DNA from: Balanoglossus misakiensis
Taxonomy: Eukaryota > Animalia > Hemichordata
Length of the DNA stretch: 64,000 nucleotides
Reading direction: 5' to 3'
Assembly (NCBI GenBank): GCA_040954595.2
Contig: CM082580.2
Span: forward strand, 6,083,519-6,147,518
The notes under the pieces are model-generated. The model made no database searches and was not told where the DNA came from. It saw only the letters and a program-made list of their open reading frames with translations. The number at the start of each line of letters is the position of its first letter. Positions within the stretch are counted from its first letter, which is position 1. Below, in pieces: positions 12,301 through 24,429 of this stretch. A program made the translations under genes and the position numbers.

Positions 12301-15300
12301 GAACTAAAAAATAATATTATAAATAAAAAACTAGCAGATAAAAAGGGTATTTGAAACCATTTGGTGTATCTTATATTTAAAATTGTACACTGAATTTTTG
12401 TAGACTACATGTATATGAGACTTGTGACTCACCAGTAAGTAAATATAGATCCTATATTTAGATAGACAGGAAGAGATATTATAAGTAGTCACGGATCTCT
12501 ATACATGCAAATTTAACAATGTGCTTTAAACGTATCTCCAGCGTATATACACTTAGAATCAAGCTTTGGCAAAATTACATGTTATACTTCATACTAGGCA
12601 TCTGTTTTACACATTTACACACAAATACTCTTCACATATACTGGCAGAGTGTTGAAATAGACATTTTCGTCACAGTGAATGTGATGTTTAATGCATTGTG
12701 ACCAGCTTGATTAGATGGTGTCCTTAGAGAGTTTACACAGAAAGGATTCTATGAATTTGCCTTTACTTTGAGATAACTGGTTTCCAAATTCTTAAACATT
12801 CGCACTGGTGTACATGATTTGAAAATTTCAAAAAAATAACGCAGAAGGCCCTTGGGTAAAGTGGTAACACAACTTTCCTGTCGTATACACATGTACACGT
12901 AGACGGTACAACATGGTAAAAATACGATTATATTATACCAGCATATTGATGGTGTAAATCACGCTATTTGATTGGTCGAGACACGACACGTGACCGTGAT
13001 ATATTAGCCATATACCACAGTCATATATCATAGTCAAAGAAAATGCCTTTTTAAAATGTTTTATGCAAAGTTTCAATATACTGGCATAATATAATAGCAA
13101 TAAAACACCCCCAGCCATGGTATACCACTCGATTTTGACCAGTTCAACTCCATATACGCACTTGCTATCGCTCGTGCGTATATGTCGTGAACTGGTCAAA
13201 ATCTCGTGGTATACCATGGCTGGGGGTGTTTTATTGCTTAACTACATCACATTTAAAAGTTTGCACACCATTCCTGGCTACAGACAGCGGTTTACATTAT
13301 ATATGTACTGTGGTCAAAATAATCTGTAAATAATCTTTCAAGCCCGGTGTCATGACATATGGAGATAACCAAATCACAAATTCCATTTGTCAAAATCTAT
13401 GACATAAAAATTTATGGGTGCATGAATTTAAGTGTCTCGTTCCTATGGTCCACATTCCAATTCAAGTGCTTGGGGTATCAACCAAGGGAGGGCCTGTGGT
13501 GTTGGATTGTGTGCTGTCCGATGCATTTTCAATCCTCCATCAAACAAAGATTTATACTTTGAATAAATACAAGCAATGTAAAAAATACCAGCTTCATGGG
13601 GCGTTGGGGATGAAATTGAAATCACGATCTGCTGTGGCAGTAATTGTTCATTTCCTTCAACAATTGATTTCTGACAGTACGACAGGAAAAATGATCCCTT
13701 TCAGTAATATTTCAATGGTGGCTGAAAATAAAACTGTTGTTTCAGATGGCAAAATGACAGGAAAATGTGACCTACACGTAAGATGGTAATAGATTTCCAT
13801 GGCAACTGGAAATATAATATACCGTCGAAAATACAGGCTTCTTTTCAATGGAATCAATGGTTGGCCGAAAAGATTACTTTTTGGTGAATACTGATCAATT
13901 GGTGTTGGCTTAATACGTTGTCATGGTAATACATATATAGCGCAGTTGTCACAGCAACATATGAAACAGGACCTGAAATTGAAATTGTCAGCATCCTTGT
14001 TGGGTTTTTTTAAAACACACTTTACAATCTGAACCTTCATGTACCCAGTAGTGAGTACTGTTTCTGCATCTTGTCAAACCAAATCAACTCGCAGTTAATT
14101 TGCATTGAGAATTAAATTAAAAAAGAACACAGCCAAATGGAAACTGTTTCTGCCAACTTTGTGCATGTGGTATCTATTAATTACATTTCCCTGCCAAAGA
14201 AATTCCAGAGAGGGTGACAACTGCAAGGTATATGTTTATAAATCTGACTAGGACACGCATGCAAATTTAGAATGACTCAGAATTTACGTCAGGCAGCTAG
14301 AAGCAACTCAGAAAATTACTTACCTCTATAACCTAACACAACCGCGAATTAACCCTGTATCAACATTCAGGCTAGTCTCTTGTTTAGATAAAACCTATAT
14401 GACCAAACTCAACTGGCACAGGTAGCAATGGATGTACTCTCCACTCACAGGTAGAATATCACTTTGTACATTCGTCGCATCACCATGAAATAAATTTTGA
14501 TTTCATGAATTAAGTGTATGGGGACTATAAAAATTTCACAATACAGACGACAGAATTGACCCCGTCTTTAAAATACTAGTAATACGCAACGCAATTATTA
14601 CCGGAAGAAACCGTACTTTATGTGTCAGGTGAAAGGTCATCCTTCAAATTTTCCAAAGCACTGGACATCGAGGTTATAGGTCATCGGTCAAAAGAATGCC
14701 CGAGTTCACTCGGCTAATGCCTTAATAAACCTTGTGACTAAGCTAGTTTAAGCTCATCATGCAGACACATGTGTACATGTACAGCATAGGCAAACTCAGT
14801 AGCTGACAAGCTACCCTGTGTAAGTGTATGCCAGAGAACCAGAGCTGCATAGCGAACTAGAAGACCAGCCGTGAAAGTGGTAAAGATACAATGTACCGTA
14901 AAGTTTCTATTAATTCAACCCTTTGTTGAAAACAAGCTTTTCATCACATTTTACAGCTTACAAATAAAGTAATCTTTTGATGGAAAAAAAATCAGCTAAA
15001 ATAGATGAAAATTATGAACTTTCCTCAAAGGATAGTATGTCTAGTGTGCCACATACTTGGGTCTAAAATTGTTCCATGCCAAGAATGCGCGATATGAAAA
15101 TATGAAAATAATACAGCTGCGTTATAATTCCAGTTATGGCACCACCCACCCACTGGCATGTGTAATCTAATCTCCTGTCAAATCTAGCAGTGGCAGAAAA
15201 GATGATGACAGCAGCCACCAGTGGTGTTCAAAATCCCTGATAGCTAATCTAATCAGGTATAAAAAGCCGGTCCCAATTCGCCCAAATATTGACAAATCCC

Positions 15301-18300
15301 CAACAGTTCAGTCCCGGCATAGTTCATTCAGTTGACGACAGATGAACTGCGACCGATACTGCAATTGACGAAAAGCGAATGTTTGAACAAAATGAAGTGA
15401 AGCCTGATATGTATTTGCACACGTCAGTATCTAACCACATAATAATTATTTATCAACCTGAACGTGATTGCTTACTGTCGAGTGATACCAGAGCAATTGG
15501 CCAACTATCTTTTCAGTGCAGAAGTTCTTGTTAAAAAATTATCCCTATGTGAGTCTCACTGACTCACAAATGCAGTAGAACCAACCATGCTACTCAAAAT
15601 TCCCCAATTCTTGGATGCCTGCCCAAAAAACTGAACTGATACCAACAACATTGCGGGTGGCTGGGCTAGCTGACCTTGCCCTGCATGACCAAAACTGTCA
15701 GCTCCATTTGCCATTCTTAACCCTCAAACAGCAACGTATGTACGAGTTGTCAAGTAACACTGTACACTTACCGCTATGCTAACTACGAGTTAAACAAGTA
15801 TAACTGTCATCAATAGGATCAAGAATCATACAGGGTTTTATACTGCATTTCGTACACAAATAATGACCTTCAGACTCTCTCCAATGCTGGCCATCATTTC
15901 AGTATAATCAGACAAGCATGGTATTATTCCGTATGTATACATGACTGTACCACCAATGTACAACCATTGGACATAGTGGACTACAGCGCCTGTGGTCCAT
16001 CAATTGACCACTGAGGCATGCATCACGGACAGTCATCACTGATAATGGGTTGGGCATTGTGGAAAGAAGAATAGACAAACTCTAAACCATTTACCTGTAC
16101 AATACACAACAACTCCAAGGACTATTGGCTGGGCTATTCAATGGCCGACTAAAAATTTAAACTCCTGTGAACTTTCGATTACATCATGACCCAAGTCCGG
16201 TTGTTAGATTCAATTGATTTTTCATTCAGTTCTACATTCCATGGATTACTTAATTAATTTTACTATATTACCAGTAATTACTGTTTCTATTAACGTGCCT
16301 GAGATTGATTCTACCTTGATAATTAATCGTTAATGAAATCTTTCCCCGCACTAACTGCTTTCACTGTTATAAATATACATGTACAATACTACATACATGA
16401 CTGACTATGGCAATGTCCCTTTTCAACACTAAGAATCTAAGGCATGGCATTTCAAGACCAAATGTATAAAATTTCCAAATCTGCTGGGAGATTCTGAAAC
16501 CGACATGTAGGATTTTTAATTCTCATTTAACTTAATTTTGAATGAAATTTCAATAGATGAGAAATTTCAACCTGAATGGGTATGGAAGAATTTTAATTGA
16601 AATAACCTGGTGAAGGGCATTGACAATCCAGGTATGGTTTTGAATAATTACTTTCTGACTGGCTCATTACACAAGCTGCGTATTGTAAATCAAATTGAAT
16701 TTCTGAGAGGATTGCTGTTGTCGAAGCAACTGGACTGTGAATCTACAGTGGTGTAGTCTTAGTTGTGTGTTACATGGATAGAGAGAATGGTAACATGGGA
16801 AACCTTGGGGGGTTGTGTACAGAGAAACTTGTTATTACGGACACCTCTCTTATCAGGACACCTCTCTATAGTATAAGGACAGATTCTCTGGTCCGAAAGG
16901 TCTCCTTAATAGACAGGTTTCACTGTATTTGATTTGAAGTGGAGAGTTTACAAATTACAGTTTTTTTAAACACTAGTTGAGGGGAAGTGTTCTTTTCTGG
17001 CCATTATATTTGTGATCGCTTAACCCTTTTCACCACCATGGTTTAGTCCAAATCCGTTGTTTTCTATGGTTAAGTTGGACCTCAATAGACAGAACTGGGG
17101 GGTGAAAGGATTTCAAGTAACACTGTAACGTGTACATACACGTGATGTCCTCAACTGCACACTGTAATTAGGGGGGTAAGAACGGGATCTGCACTTCACT
17201 TGACATGAATTACTTCTGTCTTTCATTATTTTTGGATTACTGACAGGGCACAACCTTGCCACGGACACTGAACTCAGGCAGTCGCTTTGTCCCGGGTTTT
17301 ATATTCCCCCCTCACCAAGACGTCAATTCTCATTCTAAACTACCGTCTTTTGTTGTGCAAAACACACTGCAGGTTCTGCTTTGAGAAGTACTGAGAATTC
17401 TATACAAAATACTTTGTCTTGTTCTCAAGATCAAACCTTACCACACAAGAGCAGATCAAGACAGTTGGTGGAAAGCGCGTACAGCATATGTAATAGAATT
17501 ACATGTACCAGTCTAGAGACTTCACAGGCTTCATATTCTTAAGCAGTGACTGTGTACATCATGTATGAATAAAATAAAATATATCAAATGTACATCATTA
17601 TTTTATGCAGTTTCACAAATTAAAAATAATTAACAAAGCACAAGCGCCACAATTAAGGCTACAGTCAAATGAAAATGAACCATGGTCACCAATCATAAAA
17701 TGATAACAGGCAACCAAATGTCAAAGTATACATCTGCCATTCAAAATTTAATTAATACTTCCAAGATAGTTTTTTCATTAATTTTTTAAATTTAATTTAG
17801 AAGTAAACAGTGATACGTGTTCACCTCAAGTAACAAAACAGATCATTACTCGAGATACAGATTTCTCCTTTCGTTATCACTAAACCGATACCCTTTGTGA
17901 ACATCCACCAAACACACAGTTAGAATTTCTCATATCGATAGCACCACACCCCCCGAGTCACTGAACCAAGATGCTTGCTCAGAAAACACGGCTGTGCCAA
18001 TCTTAGCAATTACGAGACCCCTCAGTGAGGTCTCATCTGGCTAGAATAATCAGCCAAGGACATTGGCCTGGAACAGTCACATAATTTGTGCATCTTGTTG
18101 GTGCTGTCAAAAACAGACATTGGTAATGTATGTGTTTGATGCATCTCGACCAAGAATGGCAAAGATGACGTCACGGCATAACGAAAATTGGTTCTGCTCA
18201 GGGCATTCATTCATTAACTTTGCCTGTTATTGACGTCAGGTGTAAATACCTGTCTGATTCAATAGATAGCACATGTACATGTGAATATATTGATTTATGA

Positions 18301-21300
18301 TTTGCGTTGTAGTCCGCAGGCAGAACAGGCTCTAGTCTTGTTCGTACAACTTAAGCCAGAGGCGGCAATGGTGCCCTTTTATCCTGTGCCTTCCTGTCAT
18401 TTTCAAGTCACTGAACAAAGCTCAGGAAATGAATCAGATGACAAACTACTATGGGAATACATGTACTATTCTTTTTTCTTCTTCTGCGAGCATTTTCTGT
18501 TATTTCAAGCCCAAGGACAGAGGCCCGCATACATCTAATAAAAGATTAAATGCATTTTTAACTTTATACATGAATAAAAGAATTCCCCAATGTACATGTG
18601 TACAGTGAAATTGAAAGTGTCGGTGATTGAAAATGCATGTACAACTTCTCAATACAAACACAAGTTGCCACTTGTGTTGGCATTTTAAATCCGGCGTGGG
18701 CACCGGTAACTCGTTAACATTTACATTGCTAATGCTGTCCTTACAAACCGTGCTCAGTTCACTATTGTTATGCAGAAATTATTAAAGAATAAAAGGGTTC
18801 AGATATAGCTCCCATACAAACACAGTCACTGAGAACAAGATGGAATTGCATATTTGTCTTTGCCAGTTCACACAGAAACAGTAAAACCATCTGTCTTAAT
18901 TAAACTGAAGGAAAACATCGCATGGATGAGAACATCTCATTTCTACGAGTTCCTCCACGTCCAGATATGTTATGATTGCAGTCTGCAGATTTTCAATCAT
19001 TAAAATTTGAAACATTCATTTACTGTTATTAATGTATAATTTGTTTGAAGTATATGATGATGGATCATCGGTCTCCACCTCGTGCATATTTACATTGATA
19101 ACCCATCCCAACAACGCTACGTGACTACAGCCAGACTGTGACCTAACACAGGATGGGCTATATGACACTGACAGCATGAGTTTTGATTAATGTTGCTATT
19201 TTTTCTCTCTCCACCACTAGGTACCATGACTTGGAACACTATGTGGTCAGTAACATACAGATATGATTGTACAATTTGTCTCACATTTGGACACTCCTAT
19301 CTATGACACGTTTGCTGACAGGGGTTTAGACAAGCTCAGAAAGACTGGCACAAATTTGGTTGGCATGTACACATGTAACTGTAGTCAATATCAAAAACTG
19401 GCATTGATATTATTTGAGTGATAAGAAATGACACAGAATGCAAATTCCTTTTTAAAATAATTACATTTGAAGGAAGCATGTCCCCTTTGCTCATGATATG
19501 CTACTTGAGTGTAAATTCTGTCCACAAAAGAACATGCCGCACAAAGAAAACCCTGAATAACATATTTATAATTTCTCCTTCAACCAACAAGCCATAAATT
19601 CAATTCAAATGTCTACAATTCAAGCCTGGCAGAGTATACTTTAAAACATGTGAAGTGGTATTCAAATGATCACTTACACATAAAAAAAATTCACACCATA
19701 AGTTCCTCCTTGAACAGACTAGGGCTACATGTATTTCTTCTCAACTTCAGAAACACAACCTCAAATTATTTTTAAAAGTATTTTCCATAAGAAAGTCCAA
19801 CTTCATGGCATGCATACATTCCAGACGTCCCACGGAAGATTCCATGGGTGCCATTCATGGACAATATGGGAATGCCAGTGTGGATAACTCGATCCATGTT
19901 CCCAATAGAACAATGGTACACACATAACCACCTGTTGTGCGATGACAATTCAAAACCAACCGTTGGAATGAATGAATAGTTGTGTGGTGTATAGAGTAAC
20001 AACTGGTATAGGGTTTTTAGCCAGAAGTAAAACAGACTGGAAATTCTTTTGTAAAACGTGAAATTTACATTTGAACGAATTATGTCACTTTTGCTCATGA
20101 TACTCCATTTGCATTTGCAGGGTAATTGAAGTACATGTTATCTCATACAACTGTCGTCGTTGATTTGAGAAGCTGTTTTAAAATTTACAATAGACTCACT
20201 AGTACTCGTAAGTGTTTAATTGATTGCAGCAGTCCACTGCTAGTTTTCTTACTCATTATCACTGATACAATGATTGATAGCATCTCTTTGACTTTCACCC
20301 CTATTACAACTACACAGTGCCACTACTGTGGTAAATTTTGAAGCAACTTCTCACATCAGAGAAGTACAATTACTCCAGGTCACAAACATGGAATTTCGCA
20401 AACACCTGGCTGATAATGTTGGTTCAGGGGATATCGGTCGAGCTAATTATTCTCTGGTAATGCTATGGGAAAAATAAAATTGCATGCATGTTACTGATGT
20501 AGCTTGTAGATATGGCTGGGGATATCACACTTTGACTAATTTAGTCTAAATATACAGAGTACAGGCTGTTCATGAATATCTTGCATGGAGTATAATTTAG
20601 TCCCACTGTAGCAGTGTCCATGCCTTTAAAAATTCTGATATATATTTCCTGAATTCTCTATTCATGCTCTAAATCAGATCAACAGTTCCTTCATATGATA
20701 GACAAAATATGACCCACATTTATGTAAATTATGGTTTCAAAATCACAATAATGATCTTTCCCAGGACTTTTTATTTGTAATCCCAAAACAAGACGACACT
20801 CATTTCACTGGCATCATTTATTTACAAAACATATCTGCCCTTCTGTCACATTGATTTTTTTAAAGGGGGAGAGAGACAAAATACCAGTAGCTATAGAGTT
20901 TATTTTGTTGACACTGACCTGCTACTGTTTGACAATGGGTTGAGATAATGTGCTATCTTTTGTTCACACACAACAGGTAGAGACACACCCATCAAACCCA
21001 ACCCAATCGAAGACATCATTATGGTGGACAGTAAACAAGTCGGATCAACTGATGATTTTACTTGTGGGTTAGCTGTTGCATATACATGTATATGGATGGA
21101 CAAATTCTACGATTTGTCTCTCTACTATAAATGTGGCCCCTAGAACGATATCCCTGGTTGACTGATGAAGCGATGAGGAAACAGATGGGCTCAACAAATT
21201 CTTGCATGCATGGCTTCTTAACTAACTTACAGTTATTTACTAATAAAACTTCACAGTTGTTACCTAACAGATATGAATATTTCCAATCAAAGGTGATGGT

Positions 21301-22180
21301 AGTGTCCACGTTATTAAATTATCACCTATCATACAGAAGAAGAAAACACAAACTAGCCACGGTTACTAGAAGAAGACGGTTCTTCTTCTAGTAACCATGA
21401 ACTAGCCAAACTAATCATACACTTCAACGTGTTCAAAAGCAACACAAGGCCGGCTGGTGGCACAGGACAAGACAATAACTACATACTAGCCCTGCGTACA
21501 GGTATGTGTGTTCCCGGTGTTACACGACTTCCACGCCGGGAACACACAGACCTGGACTGGACCATAACATGATATCACCCTTCAGACGTTGTGATTATAA
21601 AACTCAAAATGTCTTTACATAAAACACCCTTCCAAGACTTACGTGTGAACGGCGGTCTGGACCTCACCGTCCATACTTCAAGGGAAAAGAATCTCCTCCG
21701 TTGCTGGGAATCATAGGATCTCGCTGCGGCTTCTTTTCGAAGGTAACATAGGTCCACAGACTTTACGGAAGTCGACGTACATTAGCAACTTGACACCAAG
21801 TTGACCTGCGCCTCCCTGTCGAATATGATGATAGAAACGGTCTGCATTTACATCCAAAAATCTACGTGCGTTACACGCAACTGGATCGCATTAAAAGCAC
21901 CACGATTCCGGGATCTACTCAACCTGCAAGAGTGCTAATGAGCTGCCACACACAGCAACCGGTATATGATGTAATGGATATTCACACATGCTTTGAAAGA
22001 TGACTCCGTGGCCGGGAGTAGACCCCTTACCGGTTTCCAGACTAGACAGCGAAATCGAACCTCAACAAAGTTTCACGCAGAAATGTGCCACTGTTTAAAA
22101 TCCTAGGAATGGATACATCGTGAAAAGTGTAAGAAATGCATAAGCGGTAACACTTACGTGTTAGTAACTAAGTATTTCAT
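162..22180 (-). CDS. COBL: Cordon-bleu (COBL/COBLL1-like) protein, N-terminal part with the Cobl ubiquitin-like region; the gene continues beyond the left edge of the window
   Basis: Minus-strand exons with canonical, phase-compatible AG/GT sites: 22158-22180 (MKYLVTNT, candidate first exon, phase 2), 8641-8808 (..MEDKDP..KISLIVHLPNNRTVTPTVDAS), 3401-3509 (VAMMDLLVHIAAKNRLSPAAHVIHV..PIQ), 1660-1767 (FKPNTQVGDLGVQTIEIVPKK..KFE), 162-393 (QTVRLTVHVSKSKKFVVRVNPDKALCELLPQICGEHGSDPFHCTLRL..LDLFKSLNDYKLKENELILVD). The motifs AMMDLL, FKPNT, VRL..VVRV.P and LDL.KSLND match vertebrate COBL/COBLL1 as recalled. The WH2 domains would lie outside the window. Confidence 0.88.
1660..1767 (-). CDS. COBL: Cobl-like exon
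   Basis: 108 bp, phase 0/0, cttttgctgttgcag|..|gtaagt; encodes FKPNTQVGDLGVQTIEIVPKKMPESKVPVKKSAKFE. Confidence 0.9.
3401..3509 (-). CDS. COBL: Cobl-like exon (absent from the ORF track)
   Basis: 109 bp, phase 2/0, long poly-T tract ending tttccag|..|gtttgt; encodes VAMMDLLVHIAAKNRLSPAAHVIHVPAPYPGDDPIQ. Confidence 0.9.
4378..4471. repeat. Fold-back inverted repeat (about 94 bp) in a Cobl intron
   Basis: Perfect 24-bp arms CACAGTCACTTGGGAATTGTTACA (4378-4401) and its reverse complement (4448-4471), plus an inner stem CGCCTATG/CATAGGTG. Confidence 0.85.
6418..6497 (-). CDS. Candidate internal alternative first coding exon of the Cobl-like gene
   Basis: ATG with G at -3 and an in-frame stop upstream; encodes MSGKETAAAGDVAEITETGSEEKKDE, then GA|gtaagt (phase 2), which joins the 3509 acceptor in frame. 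Confidence 0.6.
8435..8525 (-). mobile_element. Degenerate piggyBac-type MITE copy
   Basis: CCCTCTCACCC..AAAACCATGGATTGAACCAA..GGTGAAAGGG. Confidence 0.5.
8641..8808 (-). CDS. COBL: Cobl-like exon
   Basis: 168 bp, phase 2/2, gtgtatttacag|..AG|gtaaag; encodes TTATADDRMEDKDPATSNGTAPAMEDTENPLIVDGKISLIVHLPNNRTVTPTVDA. Confidence 0.85.
12930..13241. mobile_element. Non-autonomous element ending in a 143-bp near-perfect palindrome
   Basis: Hairpin 13096-13238 with a 33-bp perfect outer stem and 16-bp and 11-bp inner stems. It is preceded by an ATTGG/CACGTG-containing segment carrying a partial copy of the ATATACCAC motif. Confidence 0.7.
16820..16925. mobile_element. Tc1/mariner-pogo (Tigger-like) MITE
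   Basis: TA|CAGAGAAACTTGT...ACAGGTTTCACTG|TA: imperfect TIRs, TA target duplication, internal GGACACCTCTCT repeats. Confidence 0.75.
17024..17110 (+). mobile_element. piggyBac-type MITE copy
   Basis: TTAA|CCCTTTTCACCACCATGGTT..GAACTGGGGGGTGAAAGG; colinear with 35354-35438. Confidence 0.7.
21358..21399. mobile_element. 42-bp palindromic mini-insertion with CANRG..CYNTG ends and a 7-bp TSD
   Basis: AACTAGC|CACGGTTACTAGAAGAAGA-CGGT-TCTTCTTCTAGTAACCATG|AACTAGC. Confidence 0.7.
21499..21554. repeat. Short inverted repeat
   Basis: Arms CAGGTATGTGTGTTCCCGGTGT and ACGCCGGGAACACACAGACCTG, 22 bp with 2 mismatches and a 12-nt loop. Confidence 0.7.
21643..21674 (-). CDS. Candidate alternative first coding exon of the Cobl-like gene
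   Basis: Strong Kozak context (agtATGg); encodes MDGEVQTAVH, then AC|gtaagt (phase 2), in frame with the 8808 acceptor. Confidence 0.45.
22158..22180 (-). CDS. Candidate first coding exon of the Cobl-like gene
   Basis: ATG AAA TAC TTA GTT ACT AAC AC|gtaagt (phase 2), next to the CpG-richer promoter region shared with YAE1. Confidence 0.5.
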
Positions 22181-22805
22181 GTAGCGGGCGATACAAAGCA
22201 CGGCCGGGTTAACGCGAAATTTATGGTGGATTCTGATGCTGTCAGAGCGCAGCTAAAAAATACAATGAACTCGCAGTTCGAAGGTCGCCATTACGCCCTG
22301 CAGTCACGTGACTGGTAGCTCAAATGTACAGTTTCGGGATCTCCATTCCATTCGAACTGAATAGAAGATGACAAAAATGTATAAATAAACTATTTCAAAC
22401 ATGTTTATCAATTCTTATAGTGTTAAGATGAGCATAATATCATTGAATTATCATATATAATGTTTAATTAACGGTGATCATATTTCGGTGAAATGAACAC
22501 GGTTTGCCTGCTCAACGACCATAATATTCCAACTGATGTTTTTCTCCGTCTATTCAATTATTGCTCTACTATAACTTCATATTGAGCTTTTAGTGATTTA
22601 TTGAGTGCGAAACTTGTATTGTTGCGAACAAATTATCAAAATATCTCTTTATTATATGAGGTTTCCAATGCTTGATTGGGAACGAGGTTGGAAATGGTTG
22701 CCGTCTGCTGTTCCTTTCCTTCCGGATCTCCACAGACAAGTGCCGGTAGGAGCTGGGAGTTGGCAACACGCACGGCAGCGTACGTGCGTATATATTGAAA
22801 TAACA
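22181..22805. promoter_or_regulatory. Putative bidirectional promoter region between Cobl (-) and YAE1 (+)
   Basis: Divergent start codons about 625 bp apart; 14-bp perfect palindrome CAGTCACGTGACTG (E-box, USF/CLEAR-like) at 22301-22314; CGCCAT (YY1-like core) near 22286; ATTGG (CCAAT) near 22675. Confidence 0.55.
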
Positions 22806-24429
22806 ATGTTTGGTTCGGGCTCATCGGACTCCGACGATGAGGATGTAAAGCGACATTGTGATGTTGAATGGAGTAGAATGAGAGAAGCGAGACTGAAGGT
22901 AGTGTTTACAGTACACCGCGGGCTTTTACACGCTCTGCAAGTTCAGAGCCCCAGTGTTGCTACACTTGTTGGTACACGTAGTTTGTGCTGCTGCCGACCG
23001 GTCTGTGGCACAGGTCGCACCGATCCCCGGCCCAACCTCTCCCTCGACTGTTTGTATTGAGGCCCCACTCCCCAATATAAACACTCAAGGGCGTGGTAGT
23101 GCTATTGTCGCTCATCAATGGTACATGTAATGATACTGTACGTGTTGTATTGCCCATGTAGAAGAGTGGGTTTAAAATGAGCACATTTGATTAAACAGAA
23201 CAACATAAAAAATCTATCAAAAGAAACTTAAATAATGTCAGAAAGCCGGCAACTTTGTCGTAATTTCCAAGGGAAAGTTCCAAATACATGTACATGTATG
23301 TTCAACAAAATGATGTGTTGTTCTGTATGGAATGAGGAAGTAAATGTTTCGCTGGTCATTTTTCATAATTTGACTATCCAAGAGATCGCCCTCTATTGGT
23401 AGATGCTATTGGTATACTTATAAATTTGACCAATGAAAGATACTTTTTCTGCTTTTCTGCATAGGAGGGTTTCCGAGACGGCCTTGCCCAGGGAGAAGAA
23501 GAAACGCTGCAACAAGGGTTCGATGAGGGCTACCGTGAAAATATCACCTCACATGTGAAAATCTCCTACTTGAAAGGGGTTCTGAGGTATTTACAACATC
23601 TATGGTCTCTTTGAGTGTGCACTTGACAGAGAAAAGCAGAAGACAGCTGTTCTGCTGTCAAATACTTTGATTAGGACTATAAATCAGAGCGGGTATAAAG
23701 AGGTCACTCACAGCTCTTCTGATTGGTCAGTTCATTTGTCCATCCATTCTTCAATTTCAAACAGGTGCACAACAGGTGCACCGTGAATGTCAAGCATATT
23801 ATGTCATTAGACCTTCCAAGTTCGTGTCATTACCAAAGGCTATTACTTCTTTCATACTCATGAACACTGTGCACTTTTCGTCTTGTATCATTAAAACAGG
23901 TCTATTACAAAAAAAAGATATTTTATATGAAGAAAGATAACTCAAAGACACTGACTTTGATCCATTTTGATAGTCACTAAGTCTGTTCTTTCTTTCTTTA
24001 TCTCTCTCTGTCAGCGCACTCACTGCATACCACGAATTACAGGGAGAGAAATACCTGGATGGTGAAACATTGAAGAAGATCAAGTCCTTGGAGAGTGATA
24101 TCAGTGCCTTTGAACAGGAGATTCAGAAAGCCGACACCTACGAGAAAACACTGGACGAGTTGGAAAGTAATGATGTTGAAATAGAGAGCATGACTGACAC
24201 AGGTACTGGTGCCAGTGGGGAGTGGACCGGTGCGAGGGACAATGATGAACCTGTAGAAGACACCACACACCCGCCTCCAGAAGGAGTTCCGACAGATATG
24301 ATAGAGGGCGCTGTAGCTCCTCAGGCGCAGACGGACATTACATTTGACGACATTTACAAACGATGCTGTGAGATTCACAGAACTGTGCTGGGGACAGACT
24401 TGGTGATTTCCATCCCGGGCGCGAGGTGA
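22806..24429 (+). CDS. YAE1: Protein YAE1 homolog (Yae1 domain, partner of LTO1 in ABCE1 Fe-S maturation), about 209 aa
   Basis: Exons 22806-22898 (MFGSGSSDSDDEDVKRHCDVEWSRMREARLK), 23465-23586 (EGFRDGLAQGEEETLQQGFDEGYRENITSHVKISYLKGVLS, with the GX3-repeat Yae1 motif) and 24015-24429 (ALTAYHELQ..ISIPGAR*). Phases 0 and 2 are consistent; total 630 nt. Confidence 0.92.

Noticed and set aside
12933-13329. Two opposite-strand ORFs with similar peptides (MVYH..WYTMAGGVLLL)
   Set aside because: Artefact of the 143-bp DNA palindrome, not a gene pair.
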